DNA of 63,814 nucleotides, counting the filler, from Reclinomonas americana ATCC 50394 (taxonomy: Eukaryota): NCBI GenBank assembly GCA_048213135.1. It is 16 parts of 16 records of this genome, joined end to end, with 100 filler letters (N's around TTAATTAATTAA, not from the genome) between each part and the next. Parts side by side here need not be neighbours in the genome. Positions count along the whole stretch, not along the records: positions 1 to 3,406 come from AFZH01017030.1; positions 3,507 to 10,716 come from AFZH01017031.1; positions 10,817 to 16,651 come from AFZH01017032.1; 13 more parts are not named here. One strand, 5' to 3'. Positions 1 through 13,442 of the stretch are shown here, in pieces; the first letter of the stretch is position 1, and each line of letters begins with the position of its first letter. The position numbers and the translations under genes were made by a program. The notes beneath the pieces were generated by a model that saw nothing but the letters and a program-made list of their open reading frames with translations, had not been told where the DNA came from and did not search any database.

Positions 1-1397
1 GGCGCGACAAGCATGTGTGTGGCAATGGTGATCCGCAGAGACGGAGATGCAAGACGAAGGAAGGGAAGGGATAAGGGGCGAGTATGCAGAAAGGGATGTA
101 AATGGAGAGAGAGAGAAGGAGAGAGAGGAGAGTGGAGGGGAACGATGAACAAATGATGTGTGTGGGTGGGGGGAAGAGAGAGAAGGATCAGGACGGAGAG
201 TCACACACACGGGAAATGAAGGCAGGGGAACACATGCGAAAACAATACAAGACAACTGGCAAAGAGTGAGAAAGAGGCACACGTATGCGGAAAGAGCAGG
301 ATGAGAGGAGAATGTGAGTGAATGAGAACGGATGCGAGGAGGATAAGCAGCAAGTACGCACGAAATACGGGAGGTGAGGGAAGCGGAGGAAGAAAAGGAC
401 GATGTGAGTGATTCACACACACGGATGCGATTCGCACAAGGTACACAGACAAACAAGCACACGCGAGATGATGAGCACTCCAAGCAGGAAGAGGGAGAGC
501 GAAAGAAGAGAAGAGAGAAGAGAGAGAATGTGAAACAAGGGATGAGGGTGTTGATCAATCACGTCACACATGCGCGGTGCACTCACACGAATCAATGACA
601 CGCACACATGCACGTTGAGGAGGGAGAAAAGAGAGAGGAGAGAGCAGAGAGCGCGAGAATGTGACGCAGATGGGCGCGGAAATCATTCACAACGAGAATG
701 CGGCACAGACAGGCGAATCAACGAGACGCACATGCACACGCGCAACAATGTTCACTCACAGGAGGAAGAAGAGAGGGGGGAGAGAGAGAGGAGAGATAAG
801 GAATCATGTCTGCGATCAATGCACACTGCGAGAAGAATTCTCTCTCTCTCTCTCGCTCACTCACCCTCTCGCTCTCTCTCTCTCTCTCTCGCACAAACAC
901 ACACACACACACACCTTACATGCAACAACGAATCGAACCTGAGTCCTTTTTCGTCTTCCGCGTCCCTCTCTCCCTCGCTCGCGCATTCTCTCACGCCCTG
1001 CACTCTCTCTTCCTCACTCATCCATGACACGTGGCACAGCAGGCGACCATCACCCACGGGCGTGCTGAAGAAAGCAAGATACGTCGGATGTCCCGCAAGA
1101 CATGTACAATCTCCCACGCACAACGCAAGACGCCACGAGAACAGGCCGAGAGTGTGTGTGTGTGAGACGTGTGTGCAACAAAGTACATCGTGCTGAAGAG
1201 CGAGAAAGGAGACAAAGAACTGCGACGAGAAGATGTCGGTGAGTTGTATTGATTGAGTGGGGGACGCGTGTTGTCTGCTTACTTCCCCCTCTCCACTCTC
1301 TCTCATCGCTTGTCACTCACTGCCTTGTGTGTGTCGCAGTTCTCTGTGAACGTGAGTGCGGCGCATGATTCATCGCTGGTGGTGTGTGGTGGAGGGC

Positions 1398-3406
1398 ATG
1401 TCGGGCATGTCCACTCTCGCGGACTTGCTGTGCGAGGCCACTCGCTTGCTGCGTGAGACGAGTGGAGATGAGGGGGTGGAGATTGTGGGGGTAGAGAGGC
1501 CTGCTCCATATGATGTGGCAGTCGTGGGTGGTGTGCCGCCTGCTGGACTTGCATCAACTCATCCACTCATCTCGTCCTCCGTCTGACACCTGGCGTGGCT
1601 GGCGCTGCAGTCTAGTGGCGCGGGGGAGGGCGGAAGGTGTGTGCTTGGGATGTGTTGGATCACCTCTTTGCGCCAATCATGCTGCTCACTCTCGTGTTCC
1701 GGCACAGCAACTCGGAGCGAGTGACTCGGTTTGCTTTCCTTGTCTTCGTCCTTTTCTCCCTTTGCTTGTTCTTCCACGCGAGGCGAGTCTGTGCTGATCG
1801 TGTTTATGTGTGCACGCGCAGCATGATCAATGCACAGCGCATCAATATGGCCTTTGAGGTGGTGGAGGAGGCCGTTCGTTTGCGTTGTCAACGCGCACTG
1901 GCGCAGTTCAGTCGCGACCACCCCGACTTTGATGTGCGAGCGTGGGTGCCGAGTTTCACGCCTGTTGGCGTGGATGCAGTGGTCGGGAAGGCGTGGCGTG
2001 AGCGGCATGCTCCACTCCACCCCTCTCGGGTCAAGTTGTTTGCGGAGAAGCAGCCGGCCTGGCGTGCTGTCCTCGACGCCGACCCGTCGTCCGACCCTCC
2101 GTGTGACGGTTTCGATACGACAGCACTCGCCTCAAGCATGCTGTATGGTGGCTTTGTTGAGGATGACAGTCGCAAGCTGCTGCTGATTGACGATGCTGAT
2201 GAACGAAAGGCGGTGGAGGAGCTGTGCGTGCGTGACGTGAGAAATGAGATCGAGATGGCTCACAAGGATCTCGTGGTGACGGACTTCAATGTGCGGCAAT
2301 ACCTTGGGGATGGTGGTGTCTCCCCCTCCATCCTCTCTCGACTGCAGTTGACGGCTGACGAGCGTACTCGACTCACCGCCCGTGTCTGCGAGGCACGTCA
2401 CGCCCGTCACATCGTGGACACATTTGAGGAGCGACTGCATCGACTGGCTGTGCGTGAGCTCTCCTTCTACCTGCATGACGAGAGTGTGCGCAAGGACATG
2501 CAGGTGTATGTGCCACTGCTGTGCTCACGTGAGCGTGACGTCTCGTCGAGAGACAAGATGATGGATCTGTTGACGGAAGTGGATTCCTTCCTCTCCGACA
2601 CCAACACCACCCAGCGTATGCTGGTGCTTTTCGGCAACAGCGGAGCCGGCAAGACCACCACCATGTCTGTGTTGGCTGAGCGAGCGTGGCGACAGTGGCA
2701 GTCGAGAGGGAGCCGACGAGTGCCTGTGCGTGTGCCTCTTGGTGCGCTGCGCAATGCCGATGAGCGATTGTTGGAGGAGGCACTGGAACGACTGTCGCCC
2801 GAGTTGGGATTGAGACAGATGTGCGACGGTTGAAGGAGGAGCCACTGTTGTTGTTGCTTGACGGGTATGATGAGTTGTACCGTGGTGTGAATTTGTTTGT
2901 CAAGAACCAGTTGGATGTGTGTCGCGATTTGAAGGTGATTATCACCTGTCGTGGGGATTATGCACTGACGGCACTGGGTGGTGTGACACAATATCGACGG
3001 TACTTTGCACCAGTGGATGCACGAGGACAGTTGTGCATGCAGCAGCTGATGGAGCGACACATTGCACCATTCAGCCAGGAGCAAATTAACGAGTATATTG
3101 GGCGAACGGTGCGAGTTGGTGGTGACGATGGTGAAGGGTCAAGGGTCGACTGCCGAGGAGTACATTCGTGCACTGGAGAGTGTGCTTGGACTGGATGCAC
3201 TGGTGTCGAATCCATTCCTGCAGGCAGTGGTGGGTGGATCGTATCTTGTGTGGTTTGTGAAGCGTCATTCGTGATGCAGGTGTTTTTGTATGCTTTGCTG
3301 ATGACATTGTTGTTTGTTTGTTTGTTTGTGTGTGTGTGTGTCATTTGTTTGTGTTCAGTTACTTGTATGGCGGTGTGGGCACGCCTGTGCAAGTTGGCAG
3401 CACTTC
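1398..3406 (+). pseudogene. NACHT/STAND-type P-loop NTPase, disrupted (in-frame TGA and two frameshifts), 3' end lost at spacer
   Basis: Walker A 'VLFGNSGAGKTT' (~2633-2659) in ORF 1637..2833. Walker B 'LLLLLDGYDE' and 'KVIITCR' lie in another frame (ORF 2821..3462). 'IAPFSQEQINEYI' is followed by 'LVSNPFL' in a third frame. In-frame TGA at 1584-1586. No GT-AG intron restores frame at ~2810 or ~3110. Confidence 0.75.
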
Positions 3407-3506
3407 NNNNNNNNNNNNNNNNNNNNNNNNNNNNNNNNNNNNNNNNNNNNTTAATTAATTAANNNNNNNNNNNNNNNNNNNNNNNNNNNNNNNNNNNNNN
3501 NNNNNN
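3407..3506. other. Artificial contig spacer N44-TTAATTAATTAA-N44 (first of 15; others start at 10717, 16652, 23988, 27612, 29984, 33383, 39001, 45253, 46633, 48982, 55735, 57741, 59034, 60425)
   Basis: Identical 100-nt structure each time; the core gives stop codons in all six frames. Confidence 0.98.
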
Positions 3507-3599
3507 GTTGCTTGTTTCTGCAGGTCTGTTTGTCTCCGCGGTGATGAGTATTCGATCGTCTGTGTCTTGTGTTGCTGACGTGTGTGTGTGTCGTTGCAG

Positions 3600-6500
3600 T
3601 GACGAGCTTCTCACCGAGCAGCATCATTGCGGAGACGAGTGGTGTGCAAGTGACTGTGAGTGGCAGTGGTCTGTCGGATGCGGATGTGGTGCAGGTGCAG
3701 AGTGCGGGTGCGTGCACGGGTGCTGGGACTGTGCTGGCGCTTGTTTCGACGGCAGTCGATGGACTGACGACGATTCGACAAACGACGAGCACGTCGCTTG
3801 GTGTTGGATCGTACTGGGTGTGGTGCGTGTCATGTTTTTTTGTGAGCACAAGTTTTTGGAGGCGACAGTAAGAAGCGCGGTGTCTGTCAAGTTAGAACAG
3901 TGCATGTCGTAGAAAGAGTGAGTGGGAGAAAGACGGACAGTGGGGAAGAGAGGAAGAGTGTTCCCTATGAGGTACGCTCCTTTTTCTCCATGCACTGATT
4001 GTCGCATGTTGTTTGTGTCGCACAGCATTCACTTTGGAGGTGCTCAAGCTGGGGTGTGGTTGCAAGTGCCTGGCGTGTTGGCTGTCGGTGCGTGTGTGTG
4101 CTTCCATGGGTGTGTATGTGTGATCTGGTGCAGGGTTGTGACTCATTTTTTGAGTGCCATTGTTGTTGCGTTGGTTCATGTGTGTGTAGTACCGTCTGCG
4201 GACTCGTACACACCGGCGAGCATCACGAGTGAGACGACGGGACAGAGTGTGACGGTGACCGGCCATGGTCTCACGGCCAGTGACGATGTGAAGCTTGTGT
4301 CTGGATCTGGTTGCTCTGGATCGCCGTCGTACAGCATGACGAGTGGAGTGCGCGGAGGATCAGCGGGTGCATGGACATTGACGGTGACGACGAGTGATGT
4401 GAATCTGACGCCGGCGGGACAGTATTCTGTGTGGTTCGTCTTTCGCTATCCGCATTGGTGTTGCTGAGAAGAAATTCGGCTTGTCACTGACTTAGTGTGT
4501 GTATGCGATGGCAACCGTGCAGCTATCGGTTCAACGGCACGGGGGCATATGTGCAAGTGCCATCGACGCTTTTGAATGTCAGTTGAGTGAATATGTGGAG
4601 AGAGAATGAATGTGTGTGTGAGAGAGAATGAATGTGTGTGTGTGTCTGAGAGAGAGAGAGAAAGAGAGTGCGGGATAGTTAGTGTGTTTGAAGTTGTACA
4701 TGTCAAAGGATCTAACATGTATGCGCCTCCACTCCTCCCCTCTCCCGTTCGTTTTTCTTTCGTTTTCTCTCCTTCCCCCATTTTTGCAGACAAACTGGCG
4801 GAGTCGTTCACGCCAAGTGCGATTGTGGCGGAGACGAGTGGACAGACGATCACGGTGACTGGACGTGGTCTGACGACGGCCGATGCGATTCGTCTGGTGC
4901 TCGGTGCTTCGTGCGGCGGAGCGACGACGTACGATCTGGCTGTGGGATCGGCGGGAGGTGTTGCGGGAGCATGGACTGTGGTTGGCACTGCGGCGAATGT
5001 GAATCTGACGCCGGCTGGATCGTACGTGGTGTGGTGAGTGTGTGTGTGTGTGTGTGGAGATGAGATGTGATGTGGTGGAGAGGGATTGGGTTTGCGCGCT
5101 TGCTGTTGTTCTTCTTGCAAAGTGATTCTCTTTCTTTTATGAGATTTTCTGCTGTTGCGACTGACGTGTTGTGCATGAATCAGCTACAAGTACAACAACA
5201 CTGGATCGTTTGTGGCGCTGACGGGAGCACTGATCGTCTGTTGCGTACTGTTTTCTTGATTCAAGGTCTAGTTTTAGTTCCATTCCGCTAACTGGTTGTG
5301 CGCTTTATCACAGCCAAATCGGCAACGTCATACACGCCGTCGAAGATCACTGCAGAGACGACTGGCGAAGCCTTGACAGTAACTGGACTCGCTTTGTCAA
5401 ACACAGATGCTTTGCGACTGGTGTTGGGTGCAACGTGTGGTGGTTCGACTTCGTTCACGTTGACAACTGGCACTGTCGGTGGAAGCGCCGGAGCGCGCAC
5501 GGTTCGCTTCACCACGTCAGGCACTGCGATCGCTGCGGGATTTTACACTGTGTGGTATGCTGTGGATTTGGTGGTGTCTTGCAGCTGTGGACGTCGGTTG
5601 TGCTTACTCGGTGCTGCTGTACTCCTTGCATAGTTATCAGTACGACTCTACCGGCAGTCTTGTCAGTGTTGGCAGTGCATTGGAAGTTGGTGCGTTCACA
5701 CATATTTGCTTCCTTCGTTTTCACTTTGTTGCTTGTCCCCTTTGTTGTCTCCTTGTATCTATCCTGCTTCTCACTTTCTGTTCATTACCACAGGTGCAAG
5801 CGGTGACTCCTTCACTCCTTCATCGATTCGCTCCGAGACCAGTGGCGAGGTGATTTCCGTTACTGGTCACGGCCTTGCCAACTCCGATTCTGTGCAACTT
5901 GCTGCCGGTATCGGATGCGCGGGTACAACATACAGCCTGTCTCCGGGCTCATTTAGCGGATCGGCGGGTGCGCGAGTTTTGACGGTTTCCACTCCTGGTC
6001 TCACGATTCCGGCGGGTCTTTACACTAATTGGTTAGTGGATGCGCTTTCTCTGTCTAATACGCACTGCATGTTATCCTCTCTGCTTCCTCTACTCTCAAC
6101 AATTTCTTCGCTTCAGCATTCAGTTCAGCTATTCTACCGGCTATGTGGCGGTTTCTGGCGGCACGATTGCTGCTGGTTCGTGCATATCACGGTCGCAATG
6201 GGCATAGATGGCGCTATCTTACATTTCTTCGTGGGTTCCATTATCCTGTGCTGCTGATATACAGTCGAGACGGCCGATGCTTTCTCACCGGCCACGATAT
6301 TCTCCGGAACTGCCAACCAAGTGATTACCATTACGGGGCACGGCCTGCTTGCGGCCGATGCGGTCAAGCTGGTGTCTGGGACGACTTGCAGCGGCAGTCC
6401 GCAGTTCCCTTTGACTCCAAGTGCTGCGACAGCAGGCGTTGCAGGAGCGCGGCTGAGGACGGCATTCACACCAGATTCCAGTCTCACGAATGGCACCTAC

Positions 6501-9500
6501 TCTGTGTGGTTCGTTTTGGAGTAGCGCTGGGCTGTCTCTCTACACTCAATTCTTCACGATCTTTGTCAGCTCAGACGCCCTTTGTTTGTACTTTCTATCT
6601 TCTCTATCTGCAGAGAAGCAGAATTGGTGTAGTGTTTGTGTGCCATCTTGCTGTGTCGCGTCTGTTCGTGGTCTTGCATCCCCCATCTGCGCTATTTGTC
6701 ATCGTATTTGCTGTGCTCATCGTCGATATCCCGTCACAGCATCCAACTGACGTACCCGACGGGAGGCGCATACTCTAAAGTCGGCACGACGGAAATTTCC
6801 GTTGGTTCGTTGATGTCGCGCTTCGTGCATCATAAACGTTACCACGTCGTTGCTCATGTACTTGTCGTCCAGTGACTCCTCTGGTAGTTACCGGGTACAG
6901 TCCGGCAAGCATCGTCGCGGAGACTGCTGGTGTGCACATAACGATCACCGCTGTTGGTTTGCAGCTGATAGATACTGCTGCACTCTTCTTGGGCACAAGT
7001 GTTCTCGTGTCTTGCGACACTGCCACATCGTACTCGCTCACGTCGACGTCAGTGGCTGGTGGGTTGCAAAAGATTGTGACGCTGGACACGAATTTCCTTC
7101 CGAGTGGCTACTATGCTGTCTGGTCAGTCATCCATCTCAATCCGCGCTTTTGCTTTATGTGTCTCCGCTGCTTATTGCTCACCATTTGTGCCCAACAGCT
7201 ATCACTTTGTGGGTGCACTCGGTTACCCGTACGTCATGGTCCCGACTTCGGCTCTCGTAGTCGGTATGCCAACAGCTTCCTATCCGTATTTGGAAACCAC
7301 TGCGGCTTATGTTCGCTCACCGTGCTTGTGTGATCAGTGTCGAGTGCCGATGCTTTCACTCCTTCCACCATCACTGGCCAGCTGGCTGGCGCGCTGCTGA
7401 CTGTTACCGGTCACGGTCTGTTGGCATCGGATAATGTGCAGCTGGTGCCATCTGGAACGTGTTCGGGGGCGACTGCCTATCGTCTCGCAGCGCAGTCGTT
7501 CGGCGGAGTGGCGTCGGCTCGTGAGGTCGTCGTGGCGACGACTGCGGAGAGCTCTGTGCCTGTTGGATCATTCTATGTGTGGTGAGTGAGGAGGAGAAGG
7601 GAAGGGAGGTGAGGAGAAGGGAGGAGACGGGAAGGGAATGTGTGAAGGGAAGAGAGGAGAATAGACGGGAGGGGAGGGGAAGGGAAATGTGTGAGGGAAG
7701 TGAGGAGAGGAGAAGGAGGAGAAGGGAAGAGAGGAAAAGAGGAGAAGTGAAGGGAGGAGAGGAGAAGGGAAATGGGTGAAGGGAAGAGAGGAGAGGAGAA
7801 GGAGACGGGAGGAGACGGGGGAGAAGGGAGGAGACGGGGGAGAAGGGAAGAAAGGAGAAGAGAAGGAGAAGGGAAGAGAGGAAAGATGAGAGGAGATAAA
7901 GGAATGTAAGAGAAAGGAGAGGGGAAGAACGGAGAGAAGTGAGGAGGTGAGAGATGAGATGGAGAGAATAGAAACTGGGACCAATGAGAATGTGCAGTTG
8001 CTTCCTTGTGCGAGAGCTTGTCCAGTGTGACTGTGTGTATATGTGAGCTAGTGAGCGAGGGCGAGAGAGTGAGACCAGCTCAGCCGGCAGGGATAAAGAG
8101 GAGGTGAAGTGAGGAGGAATGGGAAGCAACGGTGAACAGAATGAGTGAGTTGTGAGATGCGTTATGTGGCCGGAGAGACACTGAGAATGAAAACATGTTT
8201 GTTGAGCGAGATGCACGAGATTACGTTGGAATAGAGCCCCGTATTGCAGAGGATAGTGGATGGACTTTGTAGACTGTAGACATTTGCATCGATTGAATGA
8301 GCATTTCTGGTCGTCGTTTGTATATTTTATTCTCGAATCGCGTCAAAGCATGTTTTCCTTTCCCTTACTCTCTGCGAGAAGCGAGTTTGAGTCAGCGTAT
8401 TCCTTTTACTCACAATGTGTATTACAGCATTCAATTTGGTACCGGTGGCGTCGGATCGTTCACTGCCGTCGCCGGTGGCCAACTTACCGTCTGTGAGTAC
8501 GAGCGGAGAGTGCGAAGAGTGCAGAGATCGAAATGAGTTGCTCATGTGCTTGTGTTTTCGGCAGTACAATTGCCAACATTTTCATTCCCAACCGTCGCGT
8601 CGTCATACACGGTGACAATCGGCAACACAACCACTGTTGGTACGGTCACCCAGCATGTCATGCTCACATCCATCGTCCTTCTCATACTCCTGCATCTGTC
8701 CGTAGTCACTGGCGCAACAACATCGAGCACAATCGGTCTTCGTGTCGGTTTGTCCAGACAAGTAGTTATGCTGACGGTGCTAGTGGCCTCGTTCCCCTTT
8801 GCCACGCCGTCATTCACACTGTTCAAGAACGCCGACTGCCGCGGGAATGTGACCACCATCATCAGCGGCTTCAGCACCGCGTCTGATGGCACGACCTATA
8901 CCATCACATTCACATTCGACACGACTGGAGAGCCAACACCAGCGAAGCAGCAGTTGTGCCTGTCATCCACTGACCTGGCAGGCTACTTCAGCATGGCGTC
9001 TGTATCCATTTGTTGCGTTCCTGCTGGAGATGTTATGCTGTCATGTTTATTTCCTTTTTCTTTTAACGAGGCGACCGTGCAGATCGTGTCAAGAGCACAT
9101 CGGCGCCGTCCATATCCCAGGGCATCAAGTCGCAAACGGTGGTCTTGTCGGGTGGCGACTTTCCATTGCTGGCTACAAGCGCTGCCAGTGGCAGTAATCC
9201 AGTCACACCTGGCGGCACGCACTCGCCACCGACTGTTCGTCGATGGACTTGCGGGCGGCTGCCTTTGTGGTCACTGCGGTATCACCGACGCGTATGACGG
9301 CCACGGTTTCCACCATTTCTGCGGTCTCTCTCGCCTCGTGCACGCTGGATCCGCCTGGCACGTATCAAATTTGTGGTCGGTGTGTTTAGGAGGGAAAGAG
9401 GGAAGGGAGGGGAGGGGAAGTGGGAAAGGGAGGGGGGAGAAAGAGAGAGGGAGGAGGGGAGGGGGACTGGGAGGAACGACGGCGAAGAAAGAGAGACAAT

Positions 9501-10631
9501 GGGAGAGAGGGCATTACCGTTGCGAGAGATATGGGGCGAGGGGAAATGGTGATAGAGAAAGGGCGTGAGAGTGGATGGTGTGGGGCAGAATGAACAAAGC
9601 AGTGGGTGCCGGGGGGAGGGATGAAGGAAAGCGGGAGAGGCAGGTGAGCCACGAAGTATATTGTGTGTATGTGCGAGAGACATGGTAGGATGTGAATGAG
9701 AGGGTAGCTGTGAGAGGCAAGAGGACAAAGGAGCAATAGGGAAGTGAGTGAGAGGCTGCAGGTGAGCCACGTATGTGCGAGAGATACGCGAGAATGTGAA
9801 CGAGAGCGCGGTTGCGAGAGGCAAGAGGGCTGAAGAACAGTAGGAAAAATGAGTGAGAGGCTGCAGGTGAGCCACGTATGTGCGAGAGATATGCGAGGAT
9901 GTGAATAAGAGGGCGGCTGCGAGAGGCAAGAGGGCTGAGGAACAGTAGGCAACTGACAGTGAGCGGCTGCAGGTGAGCCATGTATGTGCGAGAGATACGC
10001 GAGGATGTGAATGAGAGGGTAGCTGCGAGAGGCAAGAGGGCTGAGGAGCCATAGGAAAAATGAGTGAGAGGTTGCAGCTGAGCCACGTATGTGCGAGAGA
10101 TATGCGAGGATGTGAATGAGAGGGAAGCTGTGAGAGGCAAGAGGGCTGAGGAGCAATAGGGAAAATGATAGGGGGGGCTGCAGGTGAGCCACGTATGTGC
10201 GAGAGATGCTCGAGGATGTGAATGAGAGCGCGGCTGCGAGAGGCAAGAGGGCTGAGGAACAGTAGGCAACTGACAGTGAGAGACTGCATGCGCAAATGAG
10301 TGGGACTTTTTGTCATTTTCTTTCATGTTCAACGAGAAGAGTGGAAGGATGAGAGAGAGAATGCGATTGATCTAACGACGTTTCACCACCATCGACTATT
10401 CGACTGACAAAATATCTGCGCGCAGCTTCCAGGACGGCTCGTATGTGCCTCTCGGTGTGACATTGACCATCACGACCGTCACCGACCCCGATGTCGGCTT
10501 CATTTCTCCAAAGTCGTTGCCTCTCGGCGTGCCAACTACGTTGGTGTTGCATTCGCCATCACGCACGTTGTCGAATTGTACTCGTTTCAAGGTGGTCGAC
10601 GCTGGGTCCGACTGCAATGGTCCGGCTTCGG
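3600..10631 (+). CDS. Multi-exon extracellular/surface protein with 8 tandem ~100-aa IPT/TIG(Ig)-like modules followed by divergent modules; partial at both ends
   Basis: Long exons start at ~3600, 4190, 4790, 5314, 5794, 6265, ~6880 and 7338, each reading 'SF(T/S)PSSIxAETxGxx(I/V)TVTGxGLxxxDxVxLVxGxxCxG...GxYxV'. Each is followed by a ~60-nt exon (e.g. 4026-4087 'CIHFGGAQAGVWLQVPGVLAV'); the Cys codon is split TG|C by the intron. Confidence 0.8.
9640..10285. repeat. Intronic minisatellite, ~105-106-bp unit, ~6 copies
   Basis: 'gcaggtgagccacgtatgtgcgagagat...gagaggcaagagggctgagga' recurs at ~9640, 9758, 9863, 9969, 10074 and 10180. Confidence 0.92.
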
Positions 10632-13367
10632 GTGAGTGCTGAGAATGAGAAGATTCTGCGCGGGCGGTGGGTGGAGGAGATCTGTACTCACCCTCTTTGC
10701 ATGTCTCTCTCTTTCTNNNNNNNNNNNNNNNNNNNNNNNNNNNNNNNNNNNNNNNNNNNNTTAATTAATTAANNNNNNNNNNNNNNNNNNNNNNNNNNNN
10801 NNNNNNNNNNNNNNNNCACATTGATTAGCAGAGCGAGCAAAAAACCAGCAAGACAGACATTTGAGTTGTCTAGCGTTGGATCATGACGGAGGGTGACAAA
10901 CCGGTGACATTTTGTAGCCTCCGATGCCCTTGGAAGCTGTTATCTGCATCTGATAAGGGAGCAAAAAGGTGCGTTGTGATGCCCAGCCTGTGGCCGTCAT
11001 TACACCGGGGTATACGTACCCTGGAGACGCAGTCTTTATCAACAGTTTTCCAGCAGGATCTGTGACTGATAGGACAATCTGATAGTCCCGATACACCCAG
11101 CCGTACATGGGTCTACAGAGTCATGTGTGTATGCAATGATAAATGTGAATATGCCATCTTGTAGCGCTCTGTGTGTACTACTTAGCGCACCTTGCAGCAT
11201 AACAGGAGACCACTCCATTGAAGAGAAAAGAGCGATGCACGGCGTCGTTTTTGACTGAGTAACTGACTGAGAGCCTCATGGTGGAGGTGCCCTACGACGT
11301 GCCCACTCAGCCCAGGTGGTCCGCCACCGTCCTGTGCGTGGCCTCCCATGCGCTGAGCACTCAGGAGTGCATGCCGGGTCAGCTGTGAGTGCGACTTCAC
11401 AGGTCATGTCCGCTCAACTTCACGCGCACTGAGTTGACCTGCTTCAGAGACGATGGAGGCGACTTGAGCAAGGCAATAATGTAGGCAGAGGTGATGTCTA
11501 GCGGTGGGCGAAGGAATGACGCTCAGGAGATGCACGGGCGATCTACGCAGGCCCGATCGCCCATACGTACATGGCCAGTGACACGTCGCCCAGAGCTGTC
11601 GCGCGACTTTCTCGAGTGCGTGCATCTTGCATTGGTGTCTTGCCTCCCGAATGCACTTTAGCGCCAGGCTCTAGCACATTTCCCTGAGCCGAAGCAGACG
11701 ACTTCCGTGAGCGACCAAAATACACCCATACGTACATGATATTATAAGGCAAGGCGGACTCAGTGCTGGTGAGACTCGGGTATTGCACCCCTCTCAGTCG
11801 CTCCCGGATGCGGCTGTCGTGCAAGGGGTGCTATGACACCTCCACAGGCACACGCAGGGTGCGGAGTGCCTTCTTGCACGCTGACTTGGAGTCAGACTAC
11901 GCAGCACACCGCGATCGCTGTGAAGGGGCATACAGCTGCCGGCCTGAGACTTTGTCGGTGGAGGATCAACAAGTCGACACTGCTGTTGCACCGCAGATGC
12001 TGCGCATGGTATGTCATTGAGCAGCGGGTGCAATACGACAGCCGCGCAGTGAACGATCCATACAGCCTCCGATGACGAAGTACACACAGGGAAGAAGCAG
12101 CATGACTTTACTCATTCACTTCCACCTACGCGACCAAAGTCTCTCCACCGACATTGCCGATGCTAGGTACGTAGTGGCGTTGAAACTGTCAGGGCACACA
12201 CTGGTCACGCACCCCACGTGCACGTCTCTCGGTCACTCACACTCTCCAGTCGTTCATCACAGTTCGATCCTCACGCGTCACTCTCCTCGCCTCAGATCCC
12301 ATACCTCCCCCTCAGCGCTTATATCTCTCGCCTCCCGCCTCACTCTTCATGACTCGCCATCTGCTCTGCTCACACCTGTCATCTCACTCCTCATACCACG
12401 ACGCCACACACACCATACCGTACGTTGGCCTCTCACTCATCGATCTGCACACCGCATCTCACACCTCACTCACTCGTCACACCAGATACTTCGAACCTCA
12501 GACCTTACCTCACGCCTTACAACCCGCCTCATGTCTCAGGTCGCCTCATGCGGCCCATAGAATGCCGCATGCCTCTAATGACATCCTCGTCACAGCTCAC
12601 AGCTTATGCAGCACACGTCGTACAACATTCCAAACCTCACACCACACTCTCACTCCGCGTACCTCACTCCTCATATCACACACTTCATGCCATATTCCTC
12701 ACCTTCGTATCCCCCCACCTCATACGCGAGCCTCGCAACTAGTCGGCCACCACAACCCAAGATCACTGAAACGCCACATCGAATCACATGCAGAACCAGC
12801 TCCCACACCAAACACTTCAACCAGCACACCTGAAAGCACAACTCCATAACACGCCAGTCAACGTACACACCCACAGACCTCACAGTCACGGCCAACAGTG
12901 CAACGAGGGACATATGCATGGCATCATACAGTAATACCTGCGTCCGAGCATCACGACGGAGACTCGTGTGCACATGTGGCTCCTACGCCGTTGAGTGTGC
13001 TGTGACACCGCCTCGTGAGAGGGAGCAGAGAGGAACGATAGCAAGGAAAAGGTACGACGTCGCGACAGGTGAGTGGAACATCAAGCATGCGCACATGCAC
13101 ACACATGCACACACATGCGCGGCTGTGTGCAGGCAGTGAGTGACAACAGCACGCCTCGCACTGTGCATGGCACATGCATCGACAACAGGATGTGATCTCG
13201 CAGAGAGCGTCGTTCTGCTGCTCAACCCAGACGCCTTGGCGTGAGCACTTCATCCAGACGCGCTGAGCAATGAGAGTCAGGTGGATCACCACTGCTGCGC
13301 GGGTGAGTGCAGCGAACCATGACGAGCATGCTTGCAGCGACACGCAGAAGGCTGGTCCAACACACAA

Positions 13368-13370
<3 letters not shown>

Positions 13371-13440
<70 letters not shown>
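13371..13440. repeat. (CA)n microsatellite
   Basis: About 35 uninterrupted CA units. Confidence 0.97.

Positions 13441-13442
<2 letters not shown>

Noticed and set aside
1584..1586. TGA as selenocysteine or readthrough
   Set aside because: No redox motif context, and the same gene has two frameshifts; pseudogenisation or sequence error is simpler.
3451..3462. TTAATTAATTAA palindrome repeated 15 times, as a biological repeat
   Set aside because: Always centred in fixed N runs; it is an artificial six-frame-stop linker, and ORFs ending 'XXX..LIN' are artefacts.
7404..8216. Leu/Ser/Pro-rich minus-strand ORF (similar ORFs at 9282-10332, 24745-25211, 26712-27667)
   Set aside because: They arise from purine/pyrimidine-biased intron tracts and microsatellites lacking stops.
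9640..10285. CRISPR-like array
   Set aside because: Whole units repeat without unique spacers; intronic eukaryotic context with no cas genes.
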